From the human T2T-CHM13v2.0 reference genome, Homo sapiens, in assembly GCF_009914755.1 (NCBI RefSeq), contig NC_060934.1: 64,000 nucleotides of DNA. The stretch is one strand, 5' to 3'. Below, in pieces: positions 50,226 to 63,747 of this stretch. The translations under genes and the position numbers were made by a program. The stretch's first letter is position 1. Every line of letters begins with the position of its first letter. The notes under the pieces were generated by a model. That model was not told where the DNA came from and searched no databases. It worked only from the letters and a program-made list of their open reading frames with translations.

Positions 50226-50345
50226 GGCCAAGCACAGTGGCTCAGGCCTGTGATCCCAACACTCTGAAAGGTCAAGGTGGGAGGATCCCTTGAGGCCAGG
50301 AGTTCAACACCAGTCTAAGCAACATAGCAAGACCCTGTCTCTATT
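50226..50345 (+). mobile_element. FLAM / Alu left monomer
   Basis: Single Alu arm ending gaccctgtctct. Confidence 0.85.
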
Positions 50346-50924
50346 TATTTTTTAAATAAAAGCAATAAATAAAATAAACAGAAAGGAAGGCTTTATAAAT
50401 CAGAATTCATGCTAATGATAGAGAAGGCATTTAGGAAGACAAAGACAAGATGAGATGAAAAAAAGAGAACAAGAATGGTTTGGTAGAGGGCAGTCACTAA
50501 GGTTTCAGCATTTGCAATTTGAGTGGGGTTAAGTGGACGGAGGGGAGAGTATAGAGTCAGAATACAGAAAACCATAGAGAATAAACAGTCAGACATTACA
50601 ATTCAAGAAAAATAATTCAATTATTCTGTGTCAATTAAAAACAAAACAGTTTTATGTAAAAAAAGTTTTTAAATAAAGAAGTCATAGTCATAGATGATAG
50701 AGAAGATTTATATATATACTGCAACTGAGTTCTGTAAGTCAACACCATTTGAATAAATGAGTGTAATAGCACAAATAGGATTTTTTTAACTTTTTACACA
50801 AATGATTCAAATAGCTTACACAAATCACTGCCCCTGTCATCTTAAAAATATGCCTTTAAAGGGCTCCCTTACAAGACCACTGACTATAAGAATAAAAGGG
50901 TTTGCAATACATAAATAGAAGGCA

Positions 50925-51125
50925 GTGGAGAGGAGAGGAGAAGAGAAGAGAGGGGAGGAAGAAGAGGAGGAGGAGGAGAAGCGGGATGAGGAGCAAGGAG
51001 GAGGAAGAAGAAAAGAAGAGGAAGGAGAAGGAGAAGGAAGGAGAAGAGGAGTCCATGTGACTGCTGCAAATTCAAGGAAGAAAACTTGGCGGAAGAAAAG
51101 AGGAAGGCAAAGAGAAGAAAAGCAA
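50925..51125. repeat. GA-rich polypurine low-complexity tract
   Basis: GAG/GAA/GGAGA units read directly. Confidence 0.92.
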
Positions 51126-52943
51126 GACAAAGCCTTTTCAGTTGCAGCATCCTTGAAGAAATAAGTCGGCCTCCTCACCTGTCTCAGAGCTGCCTTCGTA
51201 AGTGTAGCTATGTGAGTAGTAGCTCTTCCACTGACCACAACTACCACTCAGATTATCTGCACTTGTGACTTTCTTTTTGATGTAGACATTTGAAACCTGT
51301 TTTGCTTTCTCCCTTCATGTTTTCTTCACACACATAGTGTCTTATTGCATCCGAGACTCTCAAGGTTCTGTTTATTTTCCTCTATTGGATGACAGACTCT
51401 TTGAAGTACCTTACAGAGTCTCCCAAAGTGAATTTTGTAAATGTTACACAGCTTATATTTTAATTCACAATTCAGAACATCCACAACATGTTCTCCATGT
51501 CTGGAGAAAAAAAAACATTGAATGCTTTCATGTAAGGGGAAAAAGGCACAAAGATAGCAATATTTTTCTGACATAGAATTTTCTAACAGATTTTTCTGAC
51601 ATAGAGCAACTAGAGCAAATGGTGGCTTCACAATTGTAGAGGGCTTAATGGTTCATGGAATAGTTTCAGGAACATAATTTTATTTCATTCCTCAAGTCTA
51701 CACTCTTCCCAATCCTTCGACAGCCCCAACTCCCAACCCAAGTTTGAGACACTTTAATGAGTTTTCATTCCTCTTGGTATAGAAAAACAAATTCTTTGTC
51801 ATGCCATCTAATCTCTATTTCTTACTTTGTCTTGCAACACCCTGCCCTGTTGACCTCTGCACTCCAGCCACACTCACCTTTTACCAGTTCTTCAAATGCT
51901 TCCCCATTTGTGTTAAATGTTCTTTTCCAATCCCCCCATTTTGCCAGTTAATTCCTACTCCAGTTTCCAGCTCCCATTGCTGTCACTTCCTCAGGGAAAC
52001 CTTTCCCAATCTCTCTGACAAGGTCAAATTCCTTTAAGAAAGTTCTACACACCTGCCTTTCTTAGCACTGAGCCCAATTATAATTTTACATGTATTGTAT
52101 GCCTATCTGTATGCCTTCTGTCTCCCTCAGTAGACAGAAGTCCTATAAGGGCAGCAACTCCATCTATATTTGTTCATCAGTGTATCCCATAATAATCTCT
52201 GTGTGGAGAGAAGATATGATAGCCACATTTGAAAATACGGCAACTGAGTCTCAGAGAGTTTAATGGATTCATTCCAGTAGCACAAACATGGGTACTAGAT
52301 TCCTTATTTCAAGGCCAGGGAATACATCATTCCAAGGAAGTATTGCGTGGCTCATAGTAGGTCCCTAGTGCAGACTTGCTGAATGAAAAACTGAAAACAA
52401 AAATGAGAGTAAGAAGGAATGAATTATGAACTCAAATATGGTTTTCATTGTGAAGAAGATAGTCTTGGCTGTGATGCTGGGCAGGTCACATCACCTTTCT
52501 AGGCCCTTGTTCCTCTGCTGAAGGTTAAACTGGGTCATCTCCATGCTCTGTGATTCTGAGTTGCTGTGCTTCCAAACTCCTCACACCTTGGGATTCTGTC
52601 TAACAGCAGGCATCTACATATGGTGGGTGAGTTACTTAGCAGCCCACATTTGACTTTATATTTTGGATCATTTTTAACGTATTCAAAGAGCAATTACACT
52701 ATGCAACAAGAGGCAATTGCAGGAGCAATTACATCAAAGATAACATACGGCAGCTCAGAAACAATGGAAAGTTATTGCAGGATGTTAAGCACAACAGATG
52801 GAAAAGCTTTGCTATAACCTTGACAGTTGACCGAAAGACTTCCAGATACATGATACAATTGCATGTATGGAAGCAAAGAACATCTGGCCAAAATAATAGT
52901 ATTTTTGAATTTTCTGTTCCAGTTATTAAATGATTCAAAAACT

Positions 52944-53244
52944 GGCCAGGTGCAGTAGCTCACACCTGTAATCCAAGCACTTTGGAAGGCCGAGGTGGAG
53001 GATCACTTGAGACCAGGAGTTTGAGATCAGTCTGGGCAACAAGCAAGACCCCATTTCTACAAAAAATTTTAAAAAATAGCCAGGTGTGGTGGTGAGCACC
53101 TGTAGTCCCAGTTACTAAGGAGGCTGAGGCAGGAGGATCACTTGAGCCTAGGAATTTGAGGCAGCAGTGAGCTATGATCACGCCATTGCTCTCCAGCCTA
53201 GGCAGCAGAGCAAAAGCTTGTCTCAGGAAAAAAAAAAAAAAAAA
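52944..53244 (+). mobile_element. Alu (J-type)
   Basis: Full dimer, A tail, TSD core TTCAAAAACT. Confidence 0.95.
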
Positions 53245-54059
53245 GGTTCAAAAACTACTAAAAGGGAATTGTAAATGGTCTTGGTCCTTCAGCCAAGAGT
53301 TAAATAGAAACTATAAGGGCGACTCTATCTCCTTGTCCCAACAAATTTGGGATACTCAGTGTAACTAGCAGAGATGTATGCTGTTATCCTGCCCTTCTTG
53401 TAATTGAATGCCCCACTAAAGTGCTCTAGAATCTGGACCTGTTTTACCTTTCCAGTCCACCTTTTACCAATGCCCTGACCTCACCCACACTCTGGCCTTA
53501 TGGCTCTGTATTTTTCATGACTCCGTGAGAAATCCCATGACTCCTTGAAGGTCCAACTCAAATGTCATTTTCTCTTGGAAGCCTTCCACAGTGCTCTCAG
53601 GAAAAACTCAGGGCTACCTCCTCCAAACTCCCACAGCATTATTTATGCCCATGGGATAGCACTGCTGGTCATCTGATTCATGTTATGGTTACTTGTCTAT
53701 ATATTTGTCTCTGTCTCTTGCCCCAATCACCCCACCAGCTTGTGAGACCCTTAAAGATAGAAAACTTGCCTTATTCATCATAACATACCCCACTCACACA
53801 GTTACATGCCTGACATTTAGAAAGTGTGCTGAGTTAAATGCTAAGGGGAAACTAATCAAGAGATAAGTTGATTGTAGTAGAAGAATAAGTCCATTATGTC
53901 AGCCCATATAGCAAAGTTTATTAGGGAGTTTTTAGTGACTTCACTTTTAACACAAAAGAGGAACTCAAATGCTAAGAATTTCAAGCATTCTAATATGCTG
54001 GTAATGGAATTATTCAGAAGAGGTAGAATATGTTTTCTATTCCTTTTTAGCTAAAATGA

Positions 54060-54285
54060 TTAAGCTTTTTTCTATGTCAGGCACAGAACTAGAGTTTTGT
54101 ATGCATTATCTCATTTAATCCTCAGACAACCCTATGGGGTATTACTATTCCCATTTTCAAATAGGATAGTTAAGGTCTAAGTGAATTAAGTTACTTTCTC
54201 CAGGCCACAGGGTTAGTAAGTGGCAGAGGGCTGGGTCTTGAAGCCAAGTCAACCTTACCTCAAGACCTGAACTTTTTATTACCAT
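54060..54285 (-). mobile_element. MIR SINE relic
   Basis: tctcatttaatcctcagacaaccctat...gttagtaagtggcagag. Confidence 0.7.
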
Positions 54286-55367
54286 GTTGTTCTCCACCTA
54301 GTTTTAGGGCCAACTGTGGTGTGTGAACTGTGAATCATAGTTTTTAATGTTTTTCTTCACCACTTTGTCAATTTTACTGCAAGTTTTATTCACATAGCAT
54401 CTTTTACTTAGATATTTTATAATTCTACTTGGCAGACCCTTTGTCATCTTTCTAATCATTATTATCAACATTTTAAATACTTACTTTATCCTATGGTATG
54501 CACAAAAATGCTTAGGGATGAGAAACAGGAAGACAGGGTAGTCACAGAACTTGTCTAAAGTCACATTGCTAATAAGGACAAGAGCCCAGAGTGAACCCAA
54601 GCCATTTGACTGTAGCACCCAGCACTATCTGGTACTTCCCTAGGGCATGTCTGCATCATTTGCAAGTCCATAGGTCAAAGAGTCTGGAACCATGTTACCC
54701 ACCCAGTCAATTCCTGAGTCAGGCCAGTTGCAGTAACCAAAATCACATATGAATGCAAATTCCTTATTTTCAAGAAAACAAAATCCATGTGTTTTCCTAA
54801 ATGCTGTCACTCCCAGATAATTGTGCTAAAAGCTGGCCCCACCTGTAATTTTCCCTCACTTGCTTCCTTTAGGTGTTCTCAGTTCTATTTTATCCCTACT
54901 TGCCATTGTCCTGCATTGGACTTAATCCTTTTAGGGAAACACAGGTAAATAATCTCAAAGCCATAATCACTTTCCTGGTTGGTTAGATTGTTTTTTCATT
55001 TTATTAGGAGATAACTGTATACCATCATGGAAGTTCCACATGTGAGATCTTGATAACATAATAAGTGTTAATGTTTACTGAATTTTTGTATCATATGCGA
55101 GATGCTGTGCCAAGCTCTTCACCAAGATCTCTCATTTATCTTCCCTGTATTAAATCTGTTTTGTAAGTGCAGAACTAAGCCCTGAGAGACTGAGAACCCT
55201 GTACAAGGCCCTTGGCTGGACCCCAGTTGTGTCTGACTTCAGAACCTGGACTCTTAACCACACAACTTATTCTCAGTGTGTGCTGGTACTATTCTAGTCT
55301 CTTTTCCCTTCTCTTTAATTAAGAAAAGCTACCCGACAGAATTATTTTTAAAAAGGAAATACAGTAC

Positions 55368-55445
55368 CTGATAAGGCCCAAGTCATCTCCATTCAAATCT
55401 ACCATTTTCAAAACTATCATTTCCTTGTCTGTATTTGAAGAATAC
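55368..55445 (-). CDS. ASAH2: Neutral ceramidase coding exon (YSSNTDKEM...DLGLI)
   Basis: 78 nt, CTAG| and |GTACTG; phase 2 to 2 fits neighbours. Confidence 0.96.
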
Positions 55446-56608
55446 CTAGTCAGTAAAACAGAAAAGCACAGTCAGTTCTGTGTTAGAGCCTAACCCTCAT
55501 GTAAGATGAACAGTAGCAGCTGACACAAAAACAAAAATGCCTCTCAGTAAGTGAGATGTCTTGACAAGCAGTAGTTCTGTGAACTGTATCCAGTACCTCA
55601 TTTATCAGCTAAGGAAAGGCTATGCAATTGCGATCAAAGTTTGGGGGACTAGGTCAAGCGACTGGAGCTGAAATACACATATTTTTATATAACATACAAT
55701 ATTATATAACATATATGTATTTCTTACAAAAGGGATTTATTTGTCTTTGAAATTTCTACTCATATCAATTTTTAATGAAATCTCTTTAAAAGAGCAGGGA
55801 ATTTGCAAAATCAAAAGCATTCAAGACCTGCAACTTAAGTGTTCTTTTATGTCTTCTCAAGGGAAATCAGATTACATTTTCTAAAAATCATCTCCTTTGA
55901 AAGCTATTGAAAAATATGCAGAAAAATGTTAAATGTCAAGTGGTCAAGTGGAAACTGTGGTATTATTTTACAGTGTTACAGTAACCAAGCACTTCTCTTC
56001 TGTTACAAACCTGGTTCATCACTTAAAAAAAGACAAAAAGGCAAAATAATCCTCTCCCTTAGTTTTTCCATTCAAATATGTGGGTTTATTTCTTACTCTT
56101 CTGTCCATATTCTTTATCCTTTTATTTTCTCTGTCTTGCCACACTCTTGTGGACTAAGATGATTTATTCTGGATAACACATAATAAAAGAGCTATTCATT
56201 AATTTAATAAATATGCATTGAGCACATTTTTATCTTCATTTTACTGATGAAGAAGCTGAGAGACAATAAATTAAGATAAGTAAATCACTAAAGGTCACAT
56301 TGCTAGAAAGCAATAAAACTAAGCTGAGACCACAGTTGTTCCTGATTTCAAAGCCCAGAGTCCTTCAAACATCCACACTCGCTCCCATAATCAGCAAAGT
56401 GGAAAGACACATTAATAAATTGGTGTTTGTTTCTACATTCACTTTTTGTTTCTGCTTGTTTTAGATTACACAGATGTTTTTAAGATATCATAGCTGTAAT
56501 ACTCTCTTGGGACCTCACCATATTCATCAAGTAACAGCCCTGTACTTAGATTTTGTTGCTGTTCCCTAAAGGGAATGAAACGATTTCATTTTGACGATTC
56601 CTCCTCAC

Positions 56609-56736
56609 CTTGCTCTCTCTGACTGCGGATTTTGAAGGTAAGAATACGGACTTCTGTTGATCTGCACACCATCCACATTTCCTTTATTGATGAAGATTTT
56701 GCCTGGTTTCATATTTGTGTGTGCTATGTCAATGCT
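56609..56736 (-). CDS. ASAH2: Neutral ceramidase coding exon (SIDIAH...SERA+AG)
   Basis: 128 nt, TTCAG| and |GTGAGG; contains QINRSP motif; phase 0 to 2. Confidence 0.97.
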
Positions 56737-58071
56737 CTGAAGGTTAAAAAAGAGGGGGATGTTATAAGCTTAGAAATCCTGGTGGGGACAATAACTTAGT
56801 CAATATAAACAGAAGAGCCCTGTGAACAATTTCCTTTGTCTCTAATGGGTCCACATTACGGGATAAAAGCTGGAGAACCACATCGCTGTTGACAATCTGG
56901 AGGTAAACAGAAATGGCTTTCAAGGTTGAGATAAGGGAAATGCCGTGTTATACGGAAGCACAGTACTGATTAATGCCTGAGCTCACAAAAAGTCTCAACT
57001 CCTGCTCTCTCAGGACTGCTAAATGAGGTTCAGTTTGTTACTTCAGATAGCCAAAATGGGAGACTTGACTCCTACAACACTAATACAAGTTTTGCTAACA
57101 TGCAACTGTTTCCACCTCCCTACCCTTGCCATTCTACCACCAAGGCAGAGTTGTTCAAACTTTTTTGACAGTGAACTACAGTGAGAGATACATTTTTCAT
57201 CATAACTTAATACACATCAACATATGCATCCCAAAACAAAAGTCCACAAAGCAAACTATACCCTGACTGTGTGTCATACACTATATCTTACAATCTATTT
57301 TTTAGCATTTTTTATGTAATGTTTTTTGCAATCCATGAAATTGATTTCATAAGCCTTTAATACATTGAAAGCCTCAGTTTGCAAAACATCAATGTAAAGC
57401 AATTTCTGCCTATGCCAGCTGGATCTCTGAATTTTGGGGGTGACATTGTAAGAAAAAATAGAGAATAAGCCTGGAATACAATAAAATGAAGCAAAACATT
57501 AGCAAGGATCCTATGCAACAAAATAATAAGCTGAAAGACAGAAAAGAGAGGAGTATAAGCTACTGAAACCAGAAACAGGAGAGGAGTTTAAGGGTATTTG
57601 TCAGGAGCACCACGGAGGTCTGTATCTATACTAGAGAACTTGAAAAATTGGGATGTGTGTTTATAAGTTGGATTCTCTTTGTACTTTGGGAAATATTTTA
57701 AAATTTTAGAATTATTTGTAATTACTTTTGGCTCCTTCATGGGTTTCTCTTTGTGTGACTTTGTGCAAAGAACAGGCCATGTAGTGCCCTCTATAAAGAA
57801 CCCCAAACCAAAATGTTTTCTGTCTGTTTAAATAACTACATTGGGCTTAGTCCCATAGAAGCCTTCTTTTCCAATCATCCATGCCTCATCCCTAACAGCC
57901 CATAGCTCAGAACAAGAAGCTAAGATAGAGTCAGGGAGGAGAAAGAATTGTACATGCTAATACTATGCTCAGACCCAAATCCTATAGGGATTCTTTATAT
58001 CACATCCAATCACTCCTAAAATACCTGTAAGCAATGGTAAAGAACAGCTGCCTCTGGGGCTCTTTGCCTAC

Positions 58072-58248
58072 CTTCAAGATACCAGTGACCATGTGCTGAA
58101 AAGTTTGATTGCTAAATCCTTCACTGGCAATTACAAACACGGTATACTGGAAATATCCTGCAGGACCTGAATGAGTGTGAGTGCCACTCAGGATGACATT
58201 ATCTCTTCTGTACAGGGAGCCATATTTACTCTGCAGTCTGTTCAGGAC
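58072..58248 (-). CDS. ASAH2: Neutral ceramidase coding exon (aa ~171-229, VLNRLQ...GILK), contains Zn-binding HTH motif
   Basis: 177 nt, TTGAAG| acceptor and |GTAGGC donor; translates SGTHTHSGP, the neutral ceramidase signature. Confidence 0.97.
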
Positions 58249-58351
58249 CTTCAAGAAAAAAAGTAATTGAACTAAGAAGAGGGATAACATAGGAGCTCAA
58301 CATGAGAAAAGGCTTTGATGAGTTCAATCACTGATCCATACCAATAACATC

Positions 58352-58726
58352 TGTATTAGTCCATTCTCATGCTGCTAATAAAGACATACCTAAGACTGAG
58401 TAATTTATAATGGAAAGAGGTTTAATTGACTCACAGTTCAGCATGACTGGGGAGGCCTCAGGAAACTTATAATCATGGCAGAAGGGGAAGCAAATATGTC
58501 CTCCTTCACATGATGGCAGGAGGGAGAAGTGCAGAGTGAAAGGGGGGAAAGCCCCTTATAAAACCATCAGATCTTGTGAGAACTCACTATCATGAGAACA
58601 GCAGCATGGGGGTACCCACCCTCATGATTCAATTACCTCCCATGGGGTCCCTCCCACGACACATGGGGATTATGGTAACTAAAACTCAAGATGAGATTTG
58701 GGCGGAGACACAGACAAACTATATTA
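58352..58726 (-). mobile_element. THE1-type MaLR solo LTR, sense to ASAH2
   Basis: tgtattagtcc...caaactatatta is the reverse of THE1; near-TSD ACATC/ACACC. Confidence 0.92.
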
Positions 58727-59399
58727 ACACCTCTTTCAAATGGCCCCTCACTGTATGTTTGAGGATATTATCATAGTAATAACAACAAAATAATAATAAC
58801 AATACCTAACATTTTATAGATTCTTACTATAAGCAAACACAATGCTAGGTATGTTATATATATTATGTATTTAAAAATCTTTATTACAATTTCAAGAGCT
58901 ACACAAGTATTGTTAAGCCCATTTTTAGCTGAGAACATTGAATTATACAAAAGTTAAATAATTTGCCTGTTGATCTAATAAGTAGCAGAGCCAGACTCCA
59001 GACCCTCGTCTAACTAGAGAACCAGTACTCTTATTCATTCATCATTCAACAGGTGCTCTAAGCAAAAGAATATATGAGGTTCTTGTCTTGAAGATATTTT
59101 TTTTCTAATGAAAGACAAAGACAGTAAGCAAGCAAATAAATATTAAATATTATATCATAGAGTGATAGATGCTATGAAGAAAAACATTGTTGCATAAGGA
59201 AAAAGAAAGTAGTGGGTGTTAGTGAGGAAAGATCTTCTAATGAGGGGCTCTCTTTTAGCAGAGGCTGAGATGAAGAAAGCAAGTCGGCTGTGCAATATCT
59301 GGGGGAAAAGCAACTCAGGCATAGTGAGCAGAAACTGCAAAGGTTTTAAGCTACTCTAGTACCTCATTTCCCAAATGAAGAATTCAGTGTGCCTTGAAA

Positions 59400-59778
59400 C
59401 GAACTCTTAGACTTGTTGGTCTAGAGGATGCCATCCACTGTGATGCAAGGACACCCTAATAATCCTGTGGAGAAGCCTAAGTGGATAGGAAGCATCCTGT
59501 CAGCACTAACTTGCTAGCCATCTGAGTGAGCAACCTTAGAAGTAATTTCTTCCACCTTGGTCAAGCCATCAGAAAACTGCGGCCCTAGCCAGCATCTGAG
59601 TGCCACATCATGACACAGAAGTGATTACATATGACTTGTTCTAAAACAAGTCAGAATCGTCTAACCAAGCCACTCTGGGAATCCTGACACACAGAAGCCT
59701 TGAACAACATTTATTATTGTTGTTTTAAGCCACTAAATTTTTAGGCGATTTGTTGTACAGCAATAGACAACTAATACA
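59400..59778 (+). mobile_element. MLT1-type LTR relic
   Basis: ttgttgttttaagccactaa...caatagacaactaataca end. Confidence 0.7.
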
Positions 59779-59992
59779 AAGAGACTCAGTAAATGTTTAG
59801 TGAATGAGTTGATCAATGAACATCCAAATGCATGACTAATGTCTTCATATGGTGCATACACATCAAGAAAACACCAGACAGAATACTGGTGATGTTGCTG
59901 AGTATTTGTTGCTGATTATGCTTTAATAAGCTGCAATCTAAAGTTTGGTATCATTGTGTCTTTTTTGTGAAAGATAATTAAAAAATGACCCA

Positions 59993-60147
59993 GCAGTATG
60001 TAACACAAAGGATAAATGCTTGAAGGGATGGGTACCCCATTTTCCATGATGTAACTATTAGGCATTGCATGCCTGTATCAAAACATCTCATGTACCCCAT
60101 AACTATATGTACCATGTACACACAAACATTAATCAAAGAAAAAAAAA
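59993..60147 (+). mobile_element. L1MA-type extreme 3' fragment
   Basis: taacacaaaggataaatgcttg...catctcatgtaccccata plus A tail. Confidence 0.8.
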
Positions 60148-61719
60148 TCCAGCAAAAGTGTCAAACCCAAAGCAATTGTTAGCAATGTTTACCTTGAGTA
60201 TGGCATAGACACTCTGATAAGCTGTCTCTCTGGAACATACAATAAAATTAAAAGCCCTCATTTGTATTGTTCACCAATTTCTGTGATGTAAAAACTCCTC
60301 ATCATGATCAATTTCAAGCTACCAAAAGCTTAACAGCCAGCTCACAATGTTTCTGAATATTTACAAATTGGTTCTTATGAGCTTGTGCAAGCTAGTTCCA
60401 GCTCACTGCTGGTAAGTGGGGAGTAGCAGCTTCTATGCTATGTACTTGATATACATGAAGATAATCATTCAACCTCTTCTATTGCAGGTGAAGATCTACA
60501 CCATTCTCATTCCAGTCATAACCACCTTGCCTCATTAACCTCTCCTTGTCCCAAAGACTGATTGTTTGGTTACCATGTCCACATAAGCAATTCTATGATG
60601 CAAGACAAATACAGAATGGAAGTATAATATAACAAGACTAACATCCTTCTGTATTCCTTCTCTTTGGTCCTAACTCCAGCCCCAATCCCCCACCACTCTC
60701 GCATATTATTCCATAATGTAACTACCACACTCATGAAGAAGAAATGTATAAAGAGAAGAGAAAATGATCAATGAAGGGACATCATGAAAGCTGAACTAAA
60801 GTCAGAAGCTGATGTTCTTAACAATTTGCAGCTAAGACAGGAAGGTAGTAGAGAAAAAGAGCCACGAGTCAACTTTAAAGCTCCCTAACCCCATCCTATT
60901 TATTCCTAAAGAACTGTGACATTAGGGCTTTAGAATTAAATGCATTTCTTCATGTCTACTCAAGAATCAAGCCCTTAAGAAGACAGAAATTATGAATCTT
61001 GAATTTTAAAACAAGAAAGACTACAAACGGTACACAGGAATTTTATTTTAAACTACAGTCTCTGATATGAAGCCAGACATATGGGACTTCTAGCGGGGAG
61101 AAAAAAGAAATACATAAAACCTAGTCATATAACAATGCCAGGAAGATAACCATTAAAAATAACGTGTTTCCCAGTTCATGAAAGGAGGGTATTTTAACAC
61201 AGGACAAAGCAGCTACATTTATGTCTACCGCTCACTTCTGTCTTCAGTTTCTATTCCATTTCGTCTCACTGACACTCTTGGGAGCATGACACAGAAAAAC
61301 CTAGAAAGTCCTTCTGTTTTTCTGTCATGCCTCACTGCACAGAGATCTTCCATAATCTTCATTCTGTGCTGGAAATTTCACCTATCTTAAAGCTGACACT
61401 GAGAACCTACATAGAAGCAGGTGTTATAAATAATATTAATGACACTTATTTAGCTACATTTATTTTTCACACCTTCCTTTGGGTTAATTTGGGAAAACTA
61501 AGTGGGTTCATTTAACAGCCTTCCCACTGGGTCTCAGATTGCACGGAGATGTAAAAATAGGAAGAGATAGAAAAATGGTGCCCACTATTGACTTGATAAC
61601 ACCTACAAAACAACACATTAAACTCCTCCCCACTCTACCCGCCAAAGTCTACCTTTTGGTTCTTTTATTTCTGCTAATGACCGTACTATTTCCCAATTAG
61701 AGCCATCTCATTTTTCAGA

Positions 61720-61980
61720 AAAGCAGTATAGTATAGTAGAAATGAGCATGAATTCTGACACCAAAACACTTAAGTTTGAATCCCAACTCTGACAGTTCCT
61801 AGCTGTGCAACCTTGGATAAGTTACTTGGCCCTCTGCAAACTTGGTTTCTCAATCTGTCAAATGACATAATAATAATACCTCCCTCATAGAGTCGTTTGG
61901 AGGAATAAGTACATTAATCCATACAAGGCACTGACAAGAGTTCCAGACTCAGCATGAATATTATGTTAAGTACTGGCTTT
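61720..61980 (+). mobile_element. MIR SINE relic
   Basis: gtttgaatccc...agctgtgcaaccttggataagttactt core. Confidence 0.75.
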
Positions 61981-62015
61981 TATGTCTATTCATCTCCAAA
62001 TCTCACATTTAATTT

Positions 62016-62311
62016 TTTTTTTTTTTTTTTTGAGTCAGAGTCTCACTCTGTCACCTATGCTGGAGTGCAGTGGAGTGATCTTGGCTCACTGAAACCTCCA
62101 CCTCCCAGGTTCAAGCCATTCTCCTGCCTTGGTCTCCCAAGTGGCTGGGACTACAGGCTCCTTCCAGCATGCAACTGATTTTTGTATTTTTAGTAGAGAC
62201 AGGGTTTCACCATGTTTGCCAGGTTGGTCTCGAACTCCTGACCTCAAGTGATCCACCTGCCTCAGCTTCCCAAAGTGCTGGGATTACAGACGTGAGCCAC
62301 CACACCCGGCT
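62016..62311 (-). mobile_element. Alu (S-type)
   Basis: Reverse Alu; TSD CTCACATTTAATTT at 62002-62015 and 62314-62327. Confidence 0.96.
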
Positions 62312-63029
62312 GACTCACATTTAATTTCCTATCCCACCACCACGTAGTCTCACTGCCATCACATTGGTTTAAGATCTTTGTGCCAGTCTCACGTGATAAA
62401 GGGGGAAATTGTTAGGCAAAGTTACAAAAAATAAAAACCCTTCCAGCAACTCCAGCTTCCCTTTCTTGTTCCTTCAGCCTTTTAACATCTTGTAAAACTC
62501 CCCTGGGTGAAATCCCTCTGTTTGAAATACCTAGTATGATGATTACTGTTTTCTTAACTGGACCCTCACCAATAAAGCCTCAGTATCTCTTTAAAGAATC
62601 TGCTAATTTTTGTCCTCACTTCTAGTTCCACTCTATTCCAATCCATATCAAACATCCCTACCTGCTTAATCATCCTAAAACAAAATGGTGTTTACATCAC
62701 TCCGCCACTCAGAAGATTTCTCAGAGTCCATATCACCCACAGAATTAAAAACAAGCTGGCATCTCAAGGCCCTCTGCAATTATGATAAACATATCTTCCA
62801 GATACATCTCCAACTACATGCCTCCATATGTCCTAATAGATCTCCTCTGTTCCCTCATGAAAGAGTCTACATCCCTCCTTTGTGCCTCTCTGTGTTCATT
62901 CTGTTTCTTCCATCAGATTTCTCTGCCTTCCCATCCTAACCATTTAAAATTCTGCTCACTCAAGTGTCATTTCCACCATGAAAATGTTTTCCTAATTTGC
63001 ATTCCTGAATCCCTATTGGTGATCTTAAA

Positions 63030-63512
63030 AGACCATATGTCCACAAAGTCTCAGATATTTTGCCCTTCAAGAAGTAAAGCTTACTTTTTCACCACTGAGT
63101 GTGAGCTGGACTTAGTGACTTGCTTGATGAATAGAACAGGGTGAAAGTAACGGTGTATAACTTCTAAACCTGGGTCATACAATGCACTGTAGCTTCCTCC
63201 TTGCTCATTCTCTTGGGTCACTCACTCTGAGGGAATCTAGCTGCTGTGTCGTAAGGATAGGAAGAGTGAGGAACTGAGGCCTTTGGCCAACAGCCACATG
63301 AACAAACCATCTTGGAAGTGGACCTTCAAGCCTGGGTCAAGCTTTCAGATGACTCAACCTTTGCCATCACCTTGATTGCCATAGAACCTAAACCAGAGCC
63401 ACCTAACCAAGACAGAATTCCTGACCCATAGATCATGTGAAATCATAAGTGTTTGTTGTTTTAAGCCACTATAGTTTGGGGTAATTTCCTACTCAGTAAT
63501 AGACAATTACTA
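63030..63512 (+). mobile_element. MLT1F-like LTR
   Basis: gacttagtgacttgctt, gaggaactgaggcc, tgttgttttaagccact motifs. Confidence 0.75.
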
Positions 63513-63747
63513 TCCCACTGTACCTTCCTTTGGTTAATTATAGCTAACTGTATATTTCTGTGTATCTCTATATTTCATAGTCCTTCCTTCTATCCACCAC
63601 CTAGAAAATGACCTCATAAGGGAGATGAATTGTGACATATTTAGTTGTGTGTCCCCTGAAGTGACACTAGCAAAGTACCTTACAAAAAGCAAGTGGTCAA
63701 TGCATTTTTCCTTCTAAGAGTATAGAATAATGTCACTTTTAAGAATG

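Noticed and set aside
50837-51268. Glu/Arg-rich and Ser/Pro-rich ORFs
   Set aside because: Artefacts of the GA-rich low-complexity tract
52560-52920. Unique-looking intronic stretch with several short ORFs and an ATCAAAG (TCF-like) motif
   Set aside because: No recognisable protein or RNA homology, no clear splice pair; motif alone is too common
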